A stretch of 63,915 nucleotides of DNA, filler included, from Pirum gemmata (taxonomy: Eukaryota): NCBI GenBank assembly GCA_002812295.1. It is 27 parts of 27 records of this genome, joined end to end, with 100 filler letters (N's around TTAATTAATTAA, not from the genome) between each part and the next. Parts side by side here need not be neighbours in the genome. Positions count along the whole stretch, not along the records: positions 1 to 2,189 come from PDIN01007809.1; positions 2,290 to 4,479 come from PDIN01007810.1; positions 4,580 to 6,765 come from PDIN01007811.1; positions 6,866 to 9,079 come from PDIN01007812.1; positions 9,180 to 11,393 come from PDIN01007813.1; positions 11,494 to 13,708 come from PDIN01007814.1; 21 more parts are not named here. The stretch is one strand, 5' to 3'. Every line of letters begins with the position of its first letter. Position 1 is the stretch's first letter. Below the pieces are notes generated by a model. It was given only the letters and a program-made list of their open reading frames with translations. It had not been told where the DNA came from and ran no database searches. Below, one piece after another: positions 1 through 11,591 of this stretch. A program made the translations under genes and the position numbers.

Positions 1-341
1 CATCTGTTCGAAAAAAGTTCCAGTAGACATCTCACCCCTACTACTAACTATCAATCTAAACTATCAATAGATCAAATAGTCTAGCTAGCTAGACAATGTC
101 ACAATACTGCTGCGAATATTTTATTTTTCGCCCCCTCAAAATAATTATATTTGATATCACCGTGCAACCAATTTAAAAACGTCTAGCTTTTGGGTTTCAC
201 TAAAATTTTCAATTTTCGAACATAAGTAATATAATAGGTTTTTAATAAGTTTGAAATTTAGTAAAAAAAAAGTAGAACGTTTTTAGATTGTTTGCGTCAT
301 AGGCTGGTCATAGGGCTCGGCATGATAGGGTTAGATTAATA

Positions 342-574
342 AGTAGGGGTGAGATGACGTCATTTTATTATTACCGAACAGCTGCCGGAACTTTTCCGAT
401 TTTTATGGTTTTTATTACTATTAATATTAATATTGTTACTTTAATTGGTATCTACCATAATTAGATTTACTATTTTAAGCTATTTAATTGCTATTATTAG
501 TAAACACTCGGAACGAAAGTTGGCTCGATAAGCATCTGTTCGAAAAAAGTTCCAGTAGATATCTCACCCCTACT
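342..574. mobile_element. MITE family E (14-bp TIR)
   Basis: Perfect TIR AGTAGGGGTGAGAT (342-355) / ATCTCACCCCTACT (561-574). The right end is repeated at 1-42. Confidence 0.65.
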
Positions 575-834
575 AGTACTGATTGATAATGATATCATAT
601 CAGAAAAAAAAGAAGGTTTATTTACCATTTATGATCTATTTTTTTGACAAACCAATGAAATTGTACTTAAAAATAATTTTTGATATTTTTGATATTTATT
701 TTTTTTGTAATATTTTTTTTTTTTTATATGATAATAAGTCCTTGGATATATATGAAAATATGAAAATGATTACTTTATTCAAAGCAGGCCCATTCAAAAA
801 AAATTATTAAACTCTTTGTTTTATTACATATGTA

Positions 835-1021
835 TAGTGCTTTTCAGTTGTTTTGTCATCATAAAATATACAATAAATAGTACCAAATTAATATAATATA
901 AATCCATTTAATTTAATTTGGTATATTTTATTATATATTCGTTCATTTAAAACTGTCAATGTAAATATTATAACCAACCAAATAAATATTCGGAGTGGCA
1001 AAATAAATGAAAAGCATGATA
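835..1021. mobile_element. MITE family A copy
   Basis: TA-GTGCTTTTCAGTTGTTTTGTCA ... CAAAATAAATGAAAAGCATGA-TA, matching the reference copy at 41155-41343. Neighbouring copies lie at 1082-1326 (internally duplicated) and 1619-1811. Confidence 0.85.
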
Positions 1022-1866
1022 TCATATTAATAATTCATATTTATTATCGTGAAATTTAGTCAGTTTTTTCCCATGAATTATTATTGTGCTTTTCATTTAT
1101 TTTGTCACCCTGAATATTTGTTTGGTAGTCTATAACCTTATATTGATATTTTTAAATGAATAAATAGATAATAAAATATGGCAGATTAAATTAAATGGAT
1201 TTATAATGTAGGTAGTGGGGAGTCTATAACCTTATATTATGATATTTTTAAGTGAATAAATAGATAATAAAATGTGGCAGATTAAATTAAATGGATTTAT
1301 GATGATAAAACAACTGAGAAGCCCTATACTATTGATAGACCCCTTCCCTATAGAGCCAAGGGAGCTCTCTTGGCTCCTACCAAGTAAACTACTATGATAA
1401 CTAGAGCTACCCTTATTTTAAACCGAATCTGTGGGAAAAAAACAACGAAAACCGCGCTTTTTTCCTGGATTGAGGGGTTGATCAAGCCAGAATCTGGCTG
1501 AAGAGCTCGTTGCAAAAGCTTCACCTGTGGTATCATTTACGGCATGACCTACCAGAAGAAAGAATGACAGTCTTTAGAATAGAAAGAAACTGGACCATTC
1601 TTCAATAAAGAAAACAACTATCGTGCTTTTCAGTTGTTTTGTCATCATAAAATATACAAAAGAGAGTACCAAATTAATAAAATATAAATCCATTTCATTT
1701 ATTATCTATTAAATTTTATCATTAAATTAAAAAAAAAAAAAGTCAATTTAAATACCATAACCAACCAAATAAATATTTGGATTGACAAAATAATAAATGA
1801 AAAGCACAATACTAGAGTAATAGTCTACTAGTAGCTAGCTAGTTAGACAATTAAAAAAAAACAAGT

Positions 1867-1929
<63 letters not shown>

Positions 1930-2189
1930 GCACAGGTAGATTTACACAACTAGATATACAGAGCTATTTACCGCTATTTACAAATAGAAGTGGACTACTA
2001 AACACCCAACGAGAGTCCAGACATTTAAAATATGATAGGCTGTAGCCTCTACACCTACTAGCTAGCTAGTACGCCATCTTCTGGTCAAATACAGCTTCAA
2101 ATACCCTTACCTACCTACCCTTCGACGTTAATTTCCGGTCAAATACCACCTACATACCTACCCCTTGACGTGACGTATTATTTGAACGC

Positions 2190-2289
2190 NNNNNNNNNNN
2201 NNNNNNNNNNNNNNNNNNNNNNNNNNNNNNNNNTTAATTAATTAANNNNNNNNNNNNNNNNNNNNNNNNNNNNNNNNNNNNNNNNNNNN
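2190..2289. other. Artificial contig linker N44-TTAATTAATTAA-N44 (first of 26)
   Basis: Identical 100-nt spacers with six-frame stops start at 2190, 4480, 6766, 9080, 11394, 13709, 18008, 20275, 22539, 24793, 27083, 29354, 31639, 33646, 35958, 38206, 40477, 42736, 45025, 47337, 49397, 53189, 55470, 57750, 60031 and 62342. Plain N gaps (e.g. 14908-15150, 30740-30837) are within-scaffold gaps. Confidence 0.99.
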
Positions 2290-2312
2290 AATTAATAATA
2301 ATAATAATAATA

Positions 2313-4309
2313 ATGGCTTTCCAAAACAAATTCATCAACAAAAGTGTAACAAATCGAAACAGTGGAAATGAATTCTTCAAAAAAGCAAGAACTGAAGGAC
2401 TAGCGCCAACTATTTTCGATTACAACATCGAGCGAGCCATTTGTCATTATAAAAATGCCATTGACTTTGCATCAAATCGTCCTGAAGACCGAGCAAGTGC
2501 TTACAAAAATATGGCAGCGTGTTATACCCTTATCTTCAAAGTTCCATTTCCTGTTTATTCTAATAAACTTGATGATATTGATTACGTTAAGAAATATCGT
2601 GATGCCGTTGGCCTTAGTTTATTATACTCTCAGAAAGCTTATATCGATGGTGAATCGGCTAAAAAAACTTCTGAATGGAAATATGATATATTATACAAAG
2701 CAAAAGATTTAGTAAATGTTTTCATTGAAATGTTTGATACAATAGATTATGAAGATAATGAGGGAAAATGTAAATTTTTACATTCACTTTGTTTGACTGA
2801 AATAAAAGGACATGGTACTAATTTACATGCAAAGCGTGTGAGTATATTAGACCAAGTAAACTGTAACATTTGTAATTTAAATGATCATGATGCTGAAAGT
2901 AATCAGGATACGGCATTCTGTATACTATGCCAATGTTATTTGCGTTTGGATTTTTATTTAGTTAAAGAGTTATTTATGACGGGTTTGTTTTGTTATCAAA
3001 ATAAAGATTACAACGAAGCCACAAGCCATTTTCGCGATGGTTTAAGCCATTTAAAACAATGTTTAAAAGTTATTGATAAGGTGGATCGACAAACTTTTAA
3101 TAACAAAATTAACAATCAGGAAAACTATGCTAACTTTGTCAGCTATAATAGATTGGGTGAGGATTTAAAATATTTAAAAACTTTCGCAAAAACTGTTAAT
3201 TGGTATCTTTATGGGGCTCCTGTATTAAACGACGCCATTTTTTTTACTGATATACAAGCAGTCGGACAAAAGAAAACAAAAGTAATTGATTTTCGTACTT
3301 TGGATCATTTCTTTATTTTAAAAGAATTTCTTTACTTAATTCAATTTTTATTACAAGATTCCAAACACATGGAAGAATTAATAAGAATTGAAAATGAAAT
3401 AGACAATTTCTCATTCACCTTAATTCTTTCTGAACCCCAAAGAGATCAATTGACAATGGTTTTAGATAATTTAAATCACAAAGTACTAGTAGATTTAGGA
3501 ACATCGAACAAAGCTAACTCTGACGCTAACACTAACGCTAACGTTAACCAACACCATCACGGTGCCAATGCAAGCGAGTTTGTTCAGGCGTTTTATGCTT
3601 ACTTGAAAGGGGAATGCTATGTGTTGTTGAAAAATAAAGAAAAGCAAGACTTTTGGTTTTCTAAATGTATATTTTTTTGCGAAAAATTAACCGAAGTCAA
3701 AGAGGAGGATTGGTTTCTAAAAGTGGATAGTATTGTAAGTAAAAGGCAAGAAGAACAACAAAAAGAAGAACGTGAAAGACAAAAGGCTGAACAAGAACAA
3801 CAAGAACAACAAAGACGTGAACAAGAAAAACTCGAAAGAGAAAGATTAGAACGCGAACGTTTGGACCGAATAAAAAAAGCAGAACAAGAAAAATTAGAAA
3901 AAGAAAGACAAAAACAAGAAAGACAAAAACAAGAAAAAGAACGAAAAGAAAGAGAAGCAAAAAACAAAGCAGACAAAGAAAGAGAAGAGCAATTAGAAAA
4001 AGAGCGATTAATCAAACATAAAAAGATTTGTTTAGAACAAGCACAATCAGAAATATTATTCATACAAAACCTAAACAAAACCAAAGGCTTGAATGAATGT
4101 TTGGTTTTCATTTTGGATAAATATGTCCCTATAAAATCGAAAAGTGAAACAAGTAAAATTTTAAAAATAATTAAACAATCTCCAACAACTCGCAACTCTA
4201 GAATTTTAAAGCAAGTGCTGCGGATTTACCACCCAGACAAGCATTTGAAAAAGATAAACAAAGACTTTTATATTTACGAAGCTATCACTAAAATTGTTAA
4301 TATGAAAAA

Positions 4310-4316
<7 letters not shown>
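2313..4316 (+). CDS. TPR-like helical protein with charged coiled coil and C-terminal J-domain-like HPD motif (667 aa)
   Basis: Intronless ORF. N-terminal TPR-like GNEFFKK...AICHYKNA...ASAYKNMAACY, an E/K/R/Q coiled coil near the C-terminus, and terminal LRIYHPDK...YEAITKIVN. Confidence 0.8.
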
Positions 4317-4344
<28 letters not shown>

Positions 4345-4919
4345 ATATCAAATATTTTATATTCTTATTGATGATAATTTAATATTTTTATTGTTATTCT
4401 TACTTCATATAATTATATATAATAGTAATTCATTAAATAAAACTAATAAAAATAAAAATGATAATAATAAAGATAATAANNNNNNNNNNNNNNNNNNNNN
4501 NNNNNNNNNNNNNNNNNNNNNNNTTAATTAATTAANNNNNNNNNNNNNNNNNNNNNNNNNNNNNNNNNNNNNNNNNNNNCAACAAACAACAAACAACAAA
4601 CAACAACAAATAACAACGATGACGACGTCGTTACCAACAACAACAACAAAGGACAGCAACAAATAATAAATAATAATAATAAACATAAACAATAAAAAAA
4701 AACCAATAAATAAATAAAAATAAAAATAATAAATAATAAATAAATAAATAACCAATATTTAACTAGTCGAGTTGAGTTATATAGTAAATAAATAAATAAT
4801 AAATAAACGAACAAATCAATATACATATTATTAGTAACACTAATTTAAAAACATAAAATCATAATAAAAAAATAATTAAATAAAAGCAATAAAATAAAAT
4901 AATAAAATACAATAAAATA

Positions 4920-5368
4920 ATCAATCATCAATCATCAATCATCAATATTAATCATCAATATTAATCATCAATCATCAATCATCAATCATCAATCATAAAT
5001 CATAAATCATAAATCATCAATCATCAATCATCAATCATCAATCATCAATCATCAATATCAATATCAATACCATCAACCATCAACCATCAACCATCAACCA
5101 TTAATCATTAATCATTAATCATTAATCATTAATCATCAATCATCAATCATCAATCATCAATCATCAATCATCAATCATCAATCATCAATCATCAATCATC
5201 AATCATCAATCNNNNNNNNNNNNNNNNNNNNNNNNNNNNNNNNNNNNNNNNNNNNNCATCAATCATCAATCATCAATCATCAATCATCAATCATCAATCA
5301 TCAATCATCAATCATCAATCATCAATCATCAATCATCAATCATCAATCATCAATCATCAATCATCAAT
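4920..5368. repeat. (CATCAAT)n heptamer microsatellite, probably intronic
   Basis: Tandem ATCAATC units with variants, directly downstream of the phosphate-carrier GTAAGT donor on the minus strand. Confidence 0.9.
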
Positions 5369-5384
5369 ATTAAAAAACACTTAC

Positions 5385-5680
5385 TATTTAGACATTGTCA
5401 CTTTACCAAGTTCAACACCACCAAATTTAAAGAAACCTTGAACGAAATAACCAGAAGCAGTTGGACCTAAACCAGTGGCTAGCGCACCAACACCTTCTTC
5501 AGCAATTACTTGTCTAAATCCAGAAACCATACCTTTATTATAAACTTCAGGTTGTAATTGGATTCTAGTTTTTACAACATCAACTGGGCACAAAGCACCA
5601 TGAGTGATGGAACAACAAAGGCCACCAGCAAAGGCGCCTTTAGCAAAATAAGTAGGAGTGAAGATAGAGTAATCGGTCAT
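5385..5680 (-). CDS. Mitochondrial phosphate carrier (SLC25A3/MIR1 family), N-terminal exon only
   Basis: [25 protein letters not shown] carries the carrier PxDxxKxR signature; [21 protein letters not shown] is typical of PiC. The exon ends at TA|GTAAGT (donor 5384), so the ORF-track stop is intronic. Confidence 0.92.
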
Positions 5681-5778
5681 AGTTACTAATAAAGAGTGTA
5701 AAAAATGGAAAAACAAGGTGTTAGAAATTTACATGCTTTTTATTACTTTTTATACTTTTTTATAATAATAATTACACT

Positions 5779-5846
<68 letters not shown>

Positions 5847-6518
5847 ACAAAAAAACAAAAAAACAAAAATGATTATTCGTAAAAACAGCTAGAGGTGGAA
5901 CAACTGATCCCGAGGGTAATACGTCACGTCAAGGGGTAGGTAGGTAGGTAGTATTTGACCAGAAAATAACGTCGAGGGGTAGGCACGTAGGGGTATTTGA
6001 AGCTGTATTTGACCTGAAGTACGTTCCCCAACAACAGTATAGAACAAACACATTGACTCACCGCATTTGCAAACCTTCGCTCTCATAAAACTCGCAAATA
6101 GCATTATAACTACTAACTACAGCGGCCTTGAGCTTTTTTCAATTGCTCGCATTTAGAATAACCAATTCTAATAGCACTGTTTTCCCACTATTGCGAAAAA
6201 AAGAACATTAGAGAACAAATTTCGGAGACCAAAAAGAAAAAAAAAAAAGCGAAACTTTAAGAGGGCATTAATTACTAGCCTAGAATTACCAGCCCCAAAA
6301 GGGTGTGATGCCTAAAAATCCTATTTATTATAATTATTTATGACTTATTTTCGGCCTTTATTTTCGGCCCTTTACAGGCATGCCCGAAATAGGAAAAGGA
6401 ATGCCTTCAAGCCGGCCACTATCATAATTAAGTCTTAAAAAACTAACTTTTTACAAATAATTAGTTGAGTATCAATATTATTAGTTGGTAGTTATTAAAT
6501 AATATAAAAAAAATTTTT

Positions 6519-6734
6519 TTTAAACTGCCAAGCTGGATAAAACGGTAGAAATCTTTTTTTTTAGACTCTTTTCTAAAACTAAACTAGCCAAATTATTTTT
6601 AAAAACTGGCCATTGGTTCATAATAGAGATTTTTTAGTTAAAAAAATTCTAAAATTTTGGGAGGATTTCTTCAGATTTTGAGCCCATATAATAATCTAAA
6701 CAGATTTTGTAATTTTATCCGGCATTGCTGTTAA
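6519..6734. mobile_element. MITE family G (TTAA-flanked, imperfect TIR)
   Basis: Ends resemble TTAA-CT(A/G)CCAAGC(C/T)GGATAAAA and its inverse. A homologous copy at ~9185-9434 shares AATTATTTTTAAAAACT(A/G)GCCATTGGTT. Confidence 0.55.
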
Positions 6735-7196
6735 AAAAAAAAAAAAAATAAAAAAAAAAATAAAANNNNNNNNNNNNNNNNNNNNNNNNNNNNNNNNNNN
6801 NNNNNNNNNTTAATTAATTAANNNNNNNNNNNNNNNNNNNNNNNNNNNNNNNNNNNNNNNNNNNNGTTACTATTATTTATTATTATTTATTATTTATTAT
6901 TATTATTTATTATATATTATTTGCTATTATTTATTATTTATTATTCGTTATTATTTATTATTTACTATTTATTATTATTTATTATTATTTGTTATTATTA
7001 TTTATTATTTATTATTTATTGTTATTATTTATTATTTGTTTCTATATTTATTATAATTAAATCAACAGGTAATATTTACTTATATATCATGATATAAATA
7101 AATATGACTTAAACCTAATAATAATAGATATATTATTATTAGCAATAGGAAATAGAAGAAAGATTGAAATACAATAAAATTATGTATATGCAAAAC

Positions 7197-9079
7197 TTAC
7201 AATCTATTGTTCATACTATTTTTTGTTAAGCCCTCTATCATTTCTATATTATTTGAAATTTGCAGACGCATTTTCTGTAATTGTGAGCTATAAAGTATTT
7301 CAGATTTTATAAAGCTATTCAAGAAACCCGTAATACCAGCGTCTGTCTTGAAAAATTGGTGCTCTAGTAAAGTTTTAAGATACCTAGGATCATTGCTATT
7401 TTCACATTCAATAGTAATCTGATTTATAACACTCCATCTGATGTAATTCAGTAAATCATCTTGCAGACCTACGCTATTGAAACTGCTAAGGGCAATTGAT
7501 AATTTACTGTAACTATCAAAATCTTTAGAACTTAGGAAAAATGGTAACTTATTATTGTAATGAGTAGTGTGCATTTTACTCAATTTCAGAAAACGTATAT
7601 TTTGTGCGATATTTTTTGAAAGATTAACCTCTCCATTTTGATTAATAGATAGTATTAGCCTTTGATTAATAGATAGTATTAGCCCTACTTCAAAAGAAAT
7701 CTCAAAATCTCTTGCAATGCGAACTTGTTCCTTCAGACTACCTTCTAAAATTTCTCGCCACTTTAAGGGCAACTTTGGCACATAAATTTGGGGCATATCA
7801 TTTTGTCTATAGATAACTTTATACTGCTCTCCCATTATAGTAACTTTGGCTGGATAATCTCTATAGACCTTTTGAATATCATCGTCATTTATAGTTTCTA
7901 AATCAAAATTATCAGCAAATGCATTAAATTTATATTGTTTGCGGAAACTATCAAATACCATAGAAAAAATATTTTTTTTTATTTTTTGCTCAGGTTCATG
8001 CAATTCAAAGTGCTTGACTATGCTATCAACAAAGTGCCTTTCTAAATCCTCCTGAGACAAAATCGTAAATTTCTTTTCTCCTACACGTAAATTACACTCT
8101 GCCAACTTGTTTTGTCTATCTCGTATCTTTTGAAAAAATCCATTTATGTTTGCATCCAAGGATACACATTGCAAAGCCATCCAAGCAGCACATTCCTTAA
8201 CCATTTTTTCTATTGACCAATTAAGATCTATTGTAAATAAATGACCTATTTCTATTTTCAAAGCTCTAAGTCCCGGAAATAAAAAATCTTTTTGCAAAAT
8301 TTTAAGCCAACTTAAATCTTCAACCATACAAATAGGCAGCTTCACTAAAGCAAATGAACTATAATCCTGTGCCTTTTGAGAATTAAAGGGTTTATATTCA
8401 ACATCAAGCATCTGTCCCAAAATTGAGTATTTTAAGGGATTAGTATCTAATATCTCTTCAATCAAAACTTCATTGTATGGCAAGATTACTAAATCTTTAA
8501 AAGAAAAACCTTCTTGTGTATGATCTGCCTTTGCCTTTATAAGGCCTTGCAGAAATATTGTCTCAAACTCACCTTTAGAAGGAATTTTAAATACTTCCTT
8601 ACCAGCAATGTAGTTCATATTAATCAGATAATCTCTCCTAGACCAAAATTCTAAATGTCTTTCTTGGTTTAAAAAAATATCTTCAACTAACCAGGTAGCA
8701 GCTGAAGATAAAATGTCATTTGCATTACCGTCAGTTTTGATTACATAATCTGCAATTTTAACTTCCAGTAACCTACCGCCTGGCAACCTAGGTCTATCTA
8801 TCAGAACTTCTAACCATTCATAGTCCCCCGGCGGAATTTCCAGATATAATTGTACCCTAGGAATAGAGTTATATATGTTTCCAAGCCAACTTGAATCTTC
8901 AACCATAGAAATAGGCAGCTTCACTAAAGCAAATGAACTATAATCCTGTGCCTTTTGAGAATTAAAGGGTTTGTATTCAACATTAAGCATCTGTCCCAAA
9001 ATTGAGTATTTTAAGGGATTAGTATCTAATATCTCTTCAATCAAAACTTCATTGTATGGCAAGATTACTAAATCTTTAA
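7197..9079 (-). CDS. Intronless repeat protein of unknown function, 5'-truncated by contig edge (>620 aa)
   Basis: Frame is open to the contig edge. A 197-bp direct repeat (8304-8500 vs 8883-9079, 4 mismatches) has a period of 579 nt = 193 codons. No homopolymer tracts. Confidence 0.8.
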
Positions 9080-9686
9080 NNNNNNNNNNNNNNNNNNNNN
9101 NNNNNNNNNNNNNNNNNNNNNNNTTAATTAATTAANNNNNNNNNNNNNNNNNNNNNNNNNNNNNNNNNNNNNNNNNNNNTTTTGTTTTAGCCAAGCCGAA
9201 TAAAACTGTAGACTAGAAAAAAAAAAAAAAAAACGACTTTTTTTCTAAAAGCCATTAATTCAAACTAGACAAATTATTTTTAAAAACTAGCCATTGGTTT
9301 ATAATAGAGTTTTTTAGTTAGAAAATATTTCAGAATTTGGTAGTACTTTAAAACAAATTGGGTCATTTTGAGATTTTTTGGATATTTGAGCTCATATGGC
9401 AGATGTCGCCATTTTTATCCAATTTGGTAGTTAAAAAAAAAATAAAAAAAAACTTTATTATTAACCAATGGCTAGTTAAAGAAGTAATAAATTTTTTTTT
9501 TTTTTTTTTTTTTTAATAATAATAATAATAATATTATAATTAATTAATAATGATAATAATAATAATGATGATAATGATAATATTAATGATAATAATAATA
9601 ATAATAATAATAAGCAACCTGGGTTTCATATATTATAAATAATAATAATGATTTTTATAATAATAATAATAATAATAATGCAAATA

Positions 9687-10123
9687 ATGAAAATGAAAAA
9701 ATCTATTTTATATAATGGTATTTTAGTTATATTATTTTGAAGCACAGCTACAAACGTTGAAATTATAAAATTACTATTAGGAATCGATTAATTATGATTA
9801 TCTCGATACAATGTTAATTTCCGTGACATTTAACGGCAATGCCATCACAATTAATATTTTAAAATACAACTTATACAATCGGCAGCCTTGGAATCTGACA
9901 ATTCAGGCTTGTCCCAATTCTGCTTTGCTTAAAATTGTTAGTGTGAGTTCAGTTGTATGAATCACTTAATTAAGGAACGGCCAATGTGTGTGGGTTCTTT
10001 TAGTAATGTATGTAGTAGAAATCAATATGGCATAATTCAACGTAACTTTCAGGTTTGTAATGGTGCTTCTACCACGGTCAAAGCCACTCGATGCACTTGT
10101 AGTGATTTACAAAAATAAAAACA
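9687..10123 (+). pseudogene. Degenerate paralogue of the adjacent secreted Cys-rich gene
   Basis: 9941-10106 aligns to 10953-11113 with frameshifts (TTAA->TTAATTAA, extra GT), then jumps to the TTACAAAAATAAAAACA sequence found 3' of the intact gene (11347). Confidence 0.75.
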
Positions 10124-10184
10124 GATTTTTTTTTTTTTTTTTTTTAATATGGTAATAATATGGTGGTGATTATAAAATTAATAG

Positions 10185-10350
10185 AGGAGGGGTGACACCT
10201 TAATTAACAATTTTACCTCTCCTTTCCATCACAGTAAGATAAATTGAAAAATGAAGGATCGTTGGCCTAAACCCTGCTATCACCGTTACCAATCCTCCCA
10301 GACAAGAGGCCACTCTTGAGCGGTTACACGTAGTTGGTGTCACCCCTCCT
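10185..10350. mobile_element. MITE family D (15-bp TIR)
   Basis: Perfect TIR AGGAGGGGTGACACC / GGTGTCACCCCTCCT. A related TIR pair with a different interior lies at 14178-14330. Confidence 0.7.
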
Positions 10351-10649
10351 ATTACAATAGATAATGATAATCATATCGTAATAAAAATGAACAATATTTA
10401 CAAGAATACAATATCATGATAATAATAATGATAGTGAAGCTTTTTTAAAAAAAATGTATAAATGACATTAAAAATTCATTTTTTTAAACAATAAAATTTA
10501 AAATTTAAAATAAGAATATTTAAAATTAAAAAATCAACAACAACAACAACAAAAACGAATTAATTGTATACTATAATATATATACAATATATTATACCAT
10601 ATATTTTAAAACTTCATTCACAATATTAATAAATTTTTAAACAGTATTA

Positions 10650-10682
<33 letters not shown>

Positions 10683-10722
10683 TATATCTTGTTCAATTAA
10701 ATTAAAATATTATTAACCAGCC

Positions 10723-11331
10723 ATGTTTAAAATAATAATTATATTAGTAATATCACTTTTGACAACAAAAACATTAGCTCGAGATTTAAATATTGATGAT
10801 AATATATTACAAAGATTAGAAAGGCGAGATTTACCGGAAGAAATCTCTCCGGAAAATTGTGAATGCCCTGACGGTTACCGTTATAATTCAGAACAAGGCC
10901 TTTGCTTAATAACACAACGATGTTCTGGTAGATGTTTAGATGGACATTGTCAGTGTGAGTTTAGTTGTATGAGTCATTTAAGGAATGGTCAATGTGTGGG
11001 TTCTTTTAGTAATGTATGTAGTAGAAATCAATATGGCATAATTCAACGAAACTTACCGGTTTGTAATGGTGCTTCTACCACTGTCAAAGCCACTCGATGC
11101 ACTTGTAGTGATTCTCGTTACCGTTTAGTTTCAAAGACTGGGAATGGTGATGGTCAAGTTTGTAGAGTGTTAAGGTGCCCGGGTGGACAGCGTTGTGAAA
11201 TTTCTTCTGGAAGATGTCAATGTCCATTTGAATGCCAAACTGCACATCGCGGTGGTTGCATTGGTGCTGGATTGAATGGATGCTCGCTCGATCCATCCGG
11301 AAGATATACCGGTGCTCAGTGTTCGGTATAA
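10723..11331 (+). CDS. Secreted cysteine-rich protein with two internal Cys repeats (202 aa)
   Basis: Signal peptide MFKIIIILVISLLTTKTLA, possible propeptide ending LERR, and two modules CxC..YR..C..RC..C..G.CQC.F.C..H.G.C.G..N.C. Confidence 0.85.
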   Translation: MFKIIIILVISLLTTKTLARDLNIDDNILQRLERRDLPEEISPENCECPDGYRYNSEQGLCLITQRCSGRCLDGHCQCEFSCMSHLRNGQCVGSFSNVCSRNQYGIIQRNLPVCNGASTTVKATRCTCSDSRYRLVSKTGNGDGQVCRVLRCPGGQRCEISSGRCQCPFECQTAHRGGCIGAGLNGCSLDPSGRYTGAQCSV

Positions 11332-11591
11332 AGTGTAAAATTATTATTACAAAAATAAAAACAAAGTAATATTAAAAGTTTTACCACAAAATTNNNNNNN
11401 NNNNNNNNNNNNNNNNNNNNNNNNNNNNNNNNNNNNNTTAATTAATTAANNNNNNNNNNNNNNNNNNNNNNNNNNNNNNNNNNNNNNNNNNNNTAATAGT
11501 GATAGTAATGGCAATAATAATAATAGCAGTAGTAGCACTTAATTAAATATTTAGCAACGTCAGAAATAGTATATAATAATTTATTATAAAA

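Noticed and set aside
3617..4195. Antisense ORFs over real genes (also 11709-12168, 38455-39237, 50051-50293)
   Set aside because: Shadow frames of low-complexity coding sequence.
5889..6104. Short ORFs sharing GQIQLQIPLPTYPST (also 41728-41997, 56165-56383)
   Set aside because: Translations of MITE family B, not a protein family.
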